Assembly: GCA_964036045.1 (NCBI GenBank) | Contig: OZ038378.1 | Location: forward strand, 180,420,001-180,484,000 | Source of the DNA: Eutreptiella sp. 'Long Island Sound 2002' | Taxonomy: Eukaryota > Protista > Euglenida | Reading direction: 5' to 3' | Length of the DNA stretch: 64,000 bases | Shown: positions 24,288 to 33,900 of the stretch, piece after piece | Layout: every line of letters starts with the position of its first letter | How positions within the stretch are numbered: the first letter of the stretch is position 1 | Program-made: the position numbers and the translations under genes | Notes under the pieces: generated by a model | Database searches by the model: none | The model's input: the letters and a program-made list of their open reading frames with translations, nothing else | What the model was told of the DNA's origin: nothing

Positions 24288-26870
24288 GGGAACCCTCCCC
24301 CACACAGCGGCGGGTACACCCGAGCCCCTCCGGTCCTGCCCGGGCCGCGGAGGGATAGGGACGCCCCGTGGGGGTTTTGAGTACGCACGAAGGGCTCCCT
24401 CCCCCACACAGCGGCGGTTACACCCGAGTCCCTCCGGTCCTGCCTGGGCCGCGGAGGGATAGGGACGTCCCGTGGGGGATTGGGGGCGCACGGAGAGGTC
24501 CCTCCCCCACACAGCGGCGGTTACACCCGAGTCCCTCCGGTCCTGCCTGGGCCGCGGAGGGATAGGGACGCCCCGTGGGGGTTTTGAGGACACACGAAGG
24601 ACTCCTTCCCCCACACAGCGGCGGTTACACCCGAGTCCCTCCGGTCCTGCCTGGGCCGCGGAGGGATAGGGACGTCCCGTGGGGCATTGGGGGCGCACGG
24701 AGAGGTCCCTCCCCCACACAGCGGCGGTTACACCCGAGTCCCTCCGGTCCTGCCTGGGCCGTGGAGGGATAGGGACGCCCCGTGGGGGTTTTGAAGACAC
24801 ACGAAGGACTCCTTCCCCCACACAGCGGCGGTTACACCCGAGTCCCTCCTGTCCTGCCTGGGCCGCGGAGGGATAGGGACGTCCCGTGGGGGATTGGGGG
24901 CGCACGGAGAGGTCCCTCCCCCACACAGCGGCGGTTACACCCGAGTCCCTCCGGTCCTGCCTGGGCCGCGGAGGGATAGGGACGCCCCGTGGGGGTTTTG
25001 GGGGCGCACGGAGAGGTCCCTCCCCCACACAGCGGCGGTTACACCCGAGTCCCTCTGGTCCTGCCTGGGCCGCGGAGGGATAGGGACGCCCCGTGGGGGT
25101 TTTGGGGGCGCACGGAGAGGTCCCTCCCCCACACAGCGGCGGTTACACCCGAGTCCCTCCGGTCCTGCCTGGGCCGCGGAGGGATAGGGACGCCCCGTGG
25201 GGGTTTTGGGGGCGCACGGAGAGGTCCCTCCCCCACACAGCGGCGGTTACACCCGAGTCCCTCCGGTCCTGCCTGGGCCGCGGAGGGATAGGGACGCCCC
25301 GTGGGGGCTTTGGGGGCGCACGGAGAGGTCCCTCCCCCACACAGCGGCGGTTACACCCGAGTCCCTCCGGTCCTGCCTGGGCCGCGGAGGGATAGGGACG
25401 CCCCGTGGGGGTTTGGGGGCTCACGGAGAGGTCCCCCCCCCACACAGCGGCGGTTACACCCGAGTCCCTCCGGTCCTGCCTGGGCCGCGGAGGGATAGGG
25501 ACGCCCCGTGGGGGTTTTGGGGCGCACGGAGAGGTCCCTCCCCCACACAGCGGCGGTCACACCCGAGTCCCTCCGGTCCTATCCGGGCCGCGGAGGGATA
25601 GGGACGCCCCGTGGGGGTTTGGGGGCGCACGGAGTGGTTCCTCCCCCACACAGCGGCGGTGACACCCGAGTCCCTCCGGTCCTGCCCGGGCCGCGGGGGG
25701 ATAGGCACGCCCCGTGGGGGTTTGAGGGCACACGAAAGGTTCCCTCCCCCACACAGCGGCGGTTACACCCGAGTCCCTCCGGTCCTGCCTGGGCCGCGGA
25801 GGGATAGGGACGCCCTGTGGGGGTTTGGGGACGCACGGAGTGGTTCCCCCCCCACACAACGGCGGTTACACCCGGGTCCCTCCGGTCCTGCCTGGGCCGC
25901 GGAGGAATAGGGACGCCCGCGGGGGTATCAAGGCGCGCGTATGAGTTCTTCCCCCACACAGCGGCGGTTACACCCTAGCCTCTCCGGTCCCCCTGGGCCG
26001 CGGAGGGATAGGGACGCCCCGTGGGGGTTTGGGGGCGCACGGAGTGGTTCCTCCCCCACACAGCGGCGGTGACACCCGAGTCCCTCCGGTCCTGCCCGGG
26101 CCGCGGGGGGGTAGGGACGCCCCGTGGGGGTTCAGGGACACGCGGAGAGGTCCCCCCCTCGCACAGCGGCGGTTCCACCCGAGTCCCTCCGGTCCGGACG
26201 GGGCCGCGGAGGGGTAGGGAAGCCCCGTGGGGGTCGTGGGGGCACGCGTATGAGTCCCCCCCCCCCACACAGCGGCGGCTACACCCGAGTCCCCGCACCT
26301 GCCTAGACCAGGGAGGGATAGGGACGCCCCGTGGGGGGTTTTGGGTGTCACACGGGGAGGTCCCTCCCCCACACAGCGGCGGTCGCACCCGAGTCCCTCC
26401 GGTCCTGCCTGGGCCGAGCGGGGATAGGGACGCCCGATCGGGGTTGTGAGGGCACACGGAGGGGTCCATCCCCCACACAACGGCGGTCATGCCCGGTCCC
26501 TCTGGTCTTGCCCGGACCACGAAGGGATAGGGACACCCCAAGGGCTGAGGACAGCACGCGAGGAGTCTCTTCCACACAACGGCGGTTGCACCCGAGTCCC
26601 TCCGGTCCTGCCGGAGCCGCGGAGGGATATGGACACCCTGTGGGAGTTTGGGCACGCGGAGAGGTCCACCACCCACACAGCGGCGGGCACACTCGGGTCC
26701 CTCCGGTCCCGCCGGGGCCGCGGAGGGGTAGGGACCCCCCTCGGGGGTTTGGGGACTCTCGGAGAGGGCTTGCCCCCACACAGCGGCGATCGCACCCGGG
26801 CCCCCCCCAGCCCTGCTTGAGCCGGGGAGGGATAGGGGCTCCCCGTGGGGGGTCTGAAGGGCACTCCCAA
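24288..26870 (+). repeat. Tandem array of about 25 x 104-bp monomers in the LINE 5' leader
   Basis: Unit gggggcgcacggagaggtccctcccccacacagcggcggttacacccgagtccctccggtcctgcctgggccgcggagggatagggacgccccgtgggggtttt. The 5' part alternates A/B (207-bp dimer), the middle is homogeneous, and the 3' units are progressively diverged. Confidence 0.97.
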
Positions 26871-26929
26871 TTTGCGTTCTGTCCTGCCGCCCTCCATCGC
26901 GGAGGGAGGGGTGCGGGGTGCTGAGGTAC

Positions 26930-26943
26930 CCCCGTCTTTGCAG
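26930..26943 (+). promoter_or_regulatory. Putative (trans- or cis-) splice acceptor just upstream of the ORF1 ATG
   Basis: ccccgtctttgcag ends 17 nt before the ATG at 26961. Confidence 0.35.
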
Positions 26944-26960
26944 GACACAGAGAACGCAAA

Positions 26961-29900
26961 ATGAGTGGCCCTATCGACCTGGCTTTTCCCGGCGAACCCG
27001 ACCACCGGGACTCCCCATTACTGGTTGCCATCCGGCAGGGGTCTTCGGCGGCGCACGGCCGCCTGAGGGATAGCTGGTCAGTGGCCAGTGACAAGGCGCT
27101 ACTACAGGCCGCCGCGGATTCCCTCCCGGAGGTCGCCTGGGGGCGCCCGGAGGAGGTGCCGGACGCCCTACGCTGGGCCCGGCGCGTGGGGGTGATCACC
27201 GCCATTACGTCCATGGGGGTTATCTTGACACCACGGGGGTTGTGCCTCACGGCCACGGTTACTAGGTCATACGACGCCCAGACTTTCGTCTCCCAGGACG
27301 TCCCCCTTATGGTGGCGGCTGGGGGACCTCTGGTCGAGTACCTGGGGAATACGATGCATACCCGTCATCTGGATTTAGCCCGTCGGGTCATCTCGGGGTG
27401 CGCCCCTTTCGACACCCTACGGCTACGGAAGCGCTTGGCGCGGATCCTGAAGGTGGATGACGCCCTAGCCGAATCCGCCAGCGCGCCGCAGGTGCACCAC
27501 AGCACAGCCAACGCGGCTTTACGTCCAATCGCTCCCTTTCTCTCCCCCGGCTGTCAAGCTGATTGGGGTCGTTTGGGGGCCAAGGACCAAGTGCGAATCC
27601 TTTGGGCTCTGCCCAAGCGGCCCACTGAGGTCTTACCTCACATCTCCGGCACGGGGAACGAGCTCTGGGCGGGATTAATGGTGTGGGCCTCCCGTCAAGT
27701 GGGGGGCGCCAGCGCGGGGGTACCGGTGACCCCGCTACCGAGGGGGTTACCTGAAATCCGGGATTGGCCCCTGGACGTTCTCCGGGGTGCCTTTGAGGCT
27801 TCCACCCTACCGATTACCACGGTGGAAGCACTGGGGGAGCTGCTAGGCGATATTACGCCATCTTGGGCCTCAGCCCCCGTTTTGGCGTTGCTTGCCTCTC
27901 GGGGTGCCGAAGCCCCTCTCAGCGCGGCGACCCGGGGGTGGCACAGCCGCCGTGGACCTTCCCGTCCCGGCGGGCGCTGGGGCCTCGCCGGTTGTGGACG
28001 CAGACGCAGCCGGGGATGACGATCCCACGCAACCGTACGTGAACGTGGACGGTGTAGATCCGACGGTCTCCGACCCTTGGCGGTTACTTGAGCCCTGTGC
28101 GGGGGCTACAACCGGCGCGACCCCTGCCGCGGGGGGCGACGCGGTCCCTCGAGGGGCACGTGACCCCGTGGGGGAATCCCCCTCCGACCCGACGGGGGTC
28201 AGCCGCGAAATAAAGTTTGGGGGCACCTCCATTTATGAGTTTGACGCGGAATCCCCAATAGGGGAGCGTGTGGAAGACTCTCCCACCCCACTGGCGATCC
28301 CTTGCCCTGCTGGCTCGGATCTCGGGGGCGGCTCCGGGCCGGCAGATCGCCGCACCTCCCACGCGGTCGACAATCGGCTTGCGCCGTCCGACGGGGGCTG
28401 CGCTTTGGTGGCTGCCCATCGCGCGGCCCAATCGGGGTTTCCCCCGCCCATCTCTAATGCCCCTGGGGTCCTTGCCAGGGGCTTTGCCGGGGGCTCACAC
28501 GCGGGGCCGGCACCTGCGACTCCGCAAGCGCCCGCGCCCGTGAGGGGCGGGGTGCATGTATCTCTTGGTGACGGGACTGGCCTCCTGTACCCACCGGGCA
28601 CCACGGCGGGCGAGCCCCGCCGGGGCGGCGTGCCCGACGTGAGCCCGGGTGAACGTTGGTGCCCGGAGTCCCCGGGGGCAGGGAGCCGCCCCCCCATGGA
28701 TGCGGGGCGCCGTCCCCCTCAGTGGGAGTCCCGTCTCCAGGACCTGGAGCGTGACCTGGAAGACGCCCAGGCCACGTGCCAGGCCCTGTCCTCCGAGCAG
28801 GACCGCCGCCTGCAGGAGCTGCAGAGGGTCCGCGCGGACCTGCACCGCTCCGAGGGAGAGTTGGCGTCCATGCGGCGTGACCACGCCACGGTCAGCGGGG
28901 AACTGGTGCGGCAGCGCTCCCGCACGAGGTCCCTCGAGGAGGAGGGCAGCGGCCTCCGCCGACAGCTCGCTGGCGCCCAGCGGGCGGCACGCGATGTCGC
29001 GGGGGCGGTGGACGAGCGCCTCAGCCGGCACCTCCCCGCCATCCTCGAGGCTGTGCAGATTGTTCGGGACGAACACATCTCACAGCCCGCGGTGGAGCGG
29101 GCGCTGCGGGGCTGGGTGCCCGCGGGGTACGGGCCACCCTCCACGGCGAACCCGAATTTCCGGGAGATCTGCGCGACTCTGGTCTGCGCAGCGGTCCTTC
29201 GGGTGGATCCCCCCCCCGTCCCTGGAGCAGCTCTCTCGTCGCTTGCGGGTCCCGGTCCAGCCCGTCCTACACTTCCCGACGGAGGCCGTAGGACAGGGAC
29301 CGCTATTGGGGATGTCCGCGGATACCCGCCCGATGGGCAGGGCCCCGGCACCGCACGAAGGGCCAGAGACCTCCCCGGTGGTCCGCTCAGCCGGCAAGCC
29401 CGGCGTCGAGGTCACCCCCGGGAACCGCTCCGCGGGGGACATCACTCCCACGACCACGGGTGCGGCCGGTGCGGCAGCCCCCACTCCGGGGCGGGACGAA
29501 CTCCGCGCCCTCCTGGTAACCTCAATGAGGTACCACCGGACTCGCAGACGGGGGAGGCCCAGAAGCTGCATCTGCACCTGGCTACCAGGCTGGACCTCCC
29601 CCCGGAGTTCCCCCAAAGCAACCTGCGGGCCCAGTACACGGCCCTGGGCAGGCTCCTGCCCACGCGGCCCGAGTTGGGCCACCTGGTTGGAGAGTTCGTC
29701 CGGGACCGCCGGGCGGAGCCCTCCGGGTCTCAGACCCCGGTCCCTGACTCCCAGGGGGCGGCCAAGGTAGCGGCAGCGTCCCGGGCCAACCAGGCCGGAG
29801 GGAGCGACAAGTCCCCTGGCAGGGGCAAAGGCGGGTCGGACCACGACACGTACTCCGTGGCCGTCATGGTCCGGTGGCGCGTCAACCCGCGCGACACCCC

Positions 29901-30909
29901 GGAGGCCATCTACCCCCTGTCCCCGGGGCGGTTGGGCATGGTCTTGAAGAAGGCCTTCGGGGACTTCCGTGTGTCCTACATCAAGGACGAAGGGCAGCTA
30001 TGCCACACGGAGGATGGAGGTTGGGCACTCGTGGGCGTGCGGCCCGAGGCTGCCTCCGCCTTGGAGGGGGGCGGGGGTGACGCCGACAAACAGTTCACCT
30101 ACGAGTGGGCCAAGGCCAACAAACAACCGTATTCCGGCGGGCTGCTGCGGGCCCACCACGTGGAAAAGAGCAATGCTGTGCTCCAGCGGATGCGCAGTGG
30201 GGACCTTATGGCAGGACCCAAAGGCTTGATCCGGGCTCGTGATCGGGACGGGGCCGGGGACGAGGGCCGGAAGCGGCGCCGGTCCCCCTCTTGGTCCCCC
30301 CCGCGGTCCTCCCATCGGTCGGAGGGAGACTACACCCCGCGACGGGGGAGCAGATACCCCTCGCCGGAGGACGACTACCGTCGAGGAGGCTCGCGGCATA
30401 CCCCCCAGTCGGTGGGGGGCCCGTGGGATGGGCGCTACGACTACCGTGCGCCGTCGCGGAGCGAGCAACCTCGCCAGCCACCACAATGGCTCCCCCGGGA
30501 CGACGGCTGGGGACAGGACTATCGGTCTTACGACCCCCCCACGAGTTACGGGGAACGCTCCCCCTACCCTCGGCCGGAGATGCACCCCATGGCTCCGCCT
30601 CATCAGGCGGCGGCGGCCAGCCCTCCGACCGCCGCCGTTTGGGGAGCGCCGCCCGTGGATCCCCGCTACCCGGGGGACGGCCGTGCGCCCCACTACGGGG
30701 CGGCCATGCCCCCGCAGGGGTTGGGCGTCCCGCAGGCGCCGTATCAGCACCAGCCATACGGACCACCGGCCCCGACCGCGGACGCGTCAGCGCCCCCCTC
30801 GGGGTACGCGGGGCCCTGGTACGGGGAAACAGTCCCAGCTCCCGCTGCCACAGCCCCGCCCGGCCCGGTTCACCCGGTGGCGCCCCCCACTTGGGGACCC
30901 AGCCCGTAA
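26961..30909 (+). CDS. LINE ORF1 (~1300 aa if the +1 frameshift near the G5 run at 27934-27938 is corrected): globular N-domain, coiled coil, possible RRM-like domain, RS- and P/Y-rich tail
   Basis: ORFs 26961-28019 and 27892-30909 overlap, and the second has no early ATG. Heptad-like segment WESRLQDLERDLEDAQ...AVDERL (~28720-29020). Confidence 0.75.
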
Positions 30910-33900
30910 GGGGCGTTCCAGACGAACTCCCCCTCCCCGCGCCGGTCACGCTGGGGTGGGATGCCGGGGACGTGTTCCCTCCGGGGGCCGTGGCCCACGA
31001 CCAGCTCAAGCTCCTGGCCCGGGACTCTGTGTGTCCGGGGCGCCCCTCTGCCCAGTGGGGAATTGTTCTCGGCATTTCTGGCGCCGTGTGCGGCGTGCGG
31101 GACGTGGCCACGGCGCTGGAGTGCTTACCGGGCCTCCACCCCGCGCTGGGGCACGTGTCCCTTTTCCAGGGAGACTGGCGCCTTCCCGCCATCCTTCAGC
31201 AGTGGGCGGCCCACATGGCCGTGTACCAAGTCTCGGGCGGCCACTCGGTGCAGGTGTACAGCGGTGGGGGGGGTGTCACCCACCCGCCCGGGGCTGAGGG
31301 ATCCGTGACGTGGGTGCCCAGGTCCACGTACAGTCGCGGCCGGGTGGTGTTCAAAGCTGCGTCCAGCAGCTCCACCGCCTACGTGGCGGCCAACGTCGAC
31401 GCGCGGGCACTGGGGCGGTATTTGCGGCGATCCACAGCGCTAGAGCTCCCCACCAAGGTCCGGCAGGCCGTCCTCCGCCGCTTGGAACACACGACGGGTC
31501 CCACTGGCCGGGGGGCGCTCGACGCCCTCTCTGGGGGCACCTCCAGCGGCCACCGCGGACTCGGGGACTTTCGGGCTGTCACCCTGAACCTACGGAGAGG
31601 CCTAATGGGCAAGATGCCAGCCCTGGGGTCTTGTCTGCGCGGGTGGGGTTATCCGGATCTGGTGGGGCTGCAGGAAGTGGGCAAGATGCCCGCCAACATT
31701 GTGGCCCACGCCATGTACTGGGCCACATTCACCCCCGCGGCGCATCCGGCGGCCGGGGTGGGGCTGCTGGTGCGGTGGCATCCCACCTTTCGGGAGGTCT
31801 GGCGGGACATACACTCCAGCGGGCGCGGCGTTGCCCTGGAATACCACTGTCGGGGGGGACACATCCTGGCGGTGGTGGTGTATTTCCCGGCCGACCAGGA
31901 CTTGGACGTGGTGCGGAGCATCTTGTCGTGGGCCCTGGGCGTCATGGCCCCCCGTCGTGGGGTTTATACCCTGATGATGGGGGATCTCAACGCCAACGCG
32001 GGATGGGCGACAGGCTTCCGGCAGGCCCCGGCTGCCCTCACCGTCCTTTGGGAGGAGTTTGTCCAGGACACTGGCCTGGTCCGCTGTTGCCCCACCTCCG
32101 AGGCGCCCACGTGGACCGACGGGCGGGGGTGCGTGGGGGTGATTGACCACGTGCTACAAGGCCCTGCCCCAAAGGAGGGGCGTTTGTGGGTGGACGAGGC
32201 CTCCCCCTTCCCCTCTGACCACCGCCCGGTGGTGTGGGACGCCCGGGATTGCCAGGACCCTGAAGACAGGTCCCCGGTGCGGCTACGCGCCAGGCACTTT
32301 CAGATACGTGACCCAGGCATCACGGGCAGCTACCATGCGGCCTTGTCAGCGGCCCGCCGGGAGGAGGGTTTGCGACCCGATAGTCTGGCGGCCCTGTACG
32401 AGTATTTCCTTTCCTCCACCATACGAGCGGTGGAGAGGGCCCATGGCCCCCCTCGTGAATTCGGGGAGCTCCCGGGGCGTGTGGACCAGGTCCACCGTCA
32501 GCTCCAGGCACACGCTAAGCGGTGCCCGCGGTGGTGGGAGTCACTGGACACGCTCAAAGAGCGTTTGGATCTCCGCCAGGACCTGGCGGAAGCCTGGGAG
32601 GTGGGGAATCTGCAGCGGTATCTCTCCCATCTCCCGGAGGTGGCCCCCTTCTCCAGACCATCCCGCGGGGCTTTCCGCCACCTGTATGGGCCCGCTCGCA
32701 CGCCGCCGGTCCAACCGCGGTTCTGCGCTCAAGTGGACGTGGCGCCGCGTGCCAGGGCCAAGGTGGCCCTGGACCAGGTGCGTCACCGACACCAGAAGAC
32801 GCTGAGGGAGCTAACGCCGGGGGACGTCCGGGCCCTCACGGGTTGGATCACGCCCACACAGCCGCTGGGGTTGCCCACGGCTACGGTCCCCCACCTCCGC
32901 CGCATACTTCAGCGCACCGGCAACACGGCCCCGGCTCGCGACCAGTTGCAGTACTGGATGTTGCGGGAGATGGACGACGACGGTCTCGCCATTGTGTGCG
33001 AGATCGTCAACCGCTACATGCGGGGGGAGCGCCTGGAGGCCCTCTCGCACGGGGACCTCCACCTCCTCCCTAAGAAAGCTCCCCACGGCGTTGGGGCCAA
33101 CGACCGCCCACTCACCAACCTAGTCCTCCTGCGCAAGGTGGTGGGTCTGGTGGTGAAGGAAGAGGAGCAGCCCTGGCTTCGGGAGCACGGGTTCCTCCCC
33201 CCCAGCCAATTCGCCCTCTGGCCGGGAACGTCCATATGGGACTTCCTCAGGGTACTGCACGATTATTTCTGGTACCGCTGGGGCTCCGGGGGCGAAGCCT
33301 GGCCCGTCCTCGACGACGTCCGTCACGCTTTCGGTTCCCCAGACCACGTGTCCCGGGACTCTGTACACCGGGTGCTGGGTTACGGCCCGGAGCTGTGCCA
33401 CCTGCACCGCTCCCTGGTGGAGGACATGCGCCTGGACATGGGCGGCACGGATGATGTTGACCATGCCGAGGGGTGGTTCGATGCAGGGTCCGGACAGGGC
33501 TGCCCTTTGTCCCCGCTAGATTACGCGCCCATGGGGGAGGTGAGGGCGAAGATGGTGTCCCGTGAATACCCCGGGGTGCTCACCCCAGCAGGCCTTTTAC
33601 ACAGTCTGGCCTGGGCCGACGATACGGTCTGGCTCGGGGGCTCCCCGGAGGATGTGTCCGCCATCGCCGGGGCCCTCCCCGCCGCAGAAGACGCGGTGGC
33701 TCTGGGATCCGACGTGTCGAAAATGCACGTCCTACGGACCTGGATGGACGGGCAGCGCGTACGGTACGGGGTTCCCTCGGTTCTGATGAACGGGGTTCGG
33801 CTGCCCGTGCCGTCGGAGAAGGATTACATCCGCTCCCTGGGGCGGCACGCCCTCCCACACACGTATCACAAGGAGGATTTCCGGAAGTTCATGATGGCGG

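Noticed and set aside
24288-26870. 104-bp unit as a CRISPR array or an HDV-like ribozyme array
   Set aside because: There are no unique spacers and no cas genes. An HDV-like order of pairings (gcgg../gtccct/ccg..tgg/gccgc/gg/agggac) can be drawn, but there is no P4, no catalytic C in the J4/2 position (agggat) and no G-U first pair, and a simple hairpin competes. A cleavage assay would be decisive.
24074-26924. Numerous 60-300-aa ORFs over the monomer array
   Set aside because: These are translations of a GC-rich tandem repeat in all frames.
27892-28019. Programmed +1 frameshift within ORF1
   Set aside because: It coincides with a G-run in a sequence with evident homopolymer-length noise, so an assembly error is more likely. 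Check raw reads.
30822-30830. GGGAAAC as a -1 slippery site fusing ORF1 to ORF2
   Set aside because: The heptamer is not in X XXY YYZ phase relative to ORF1 codons (ggg gaa aca).
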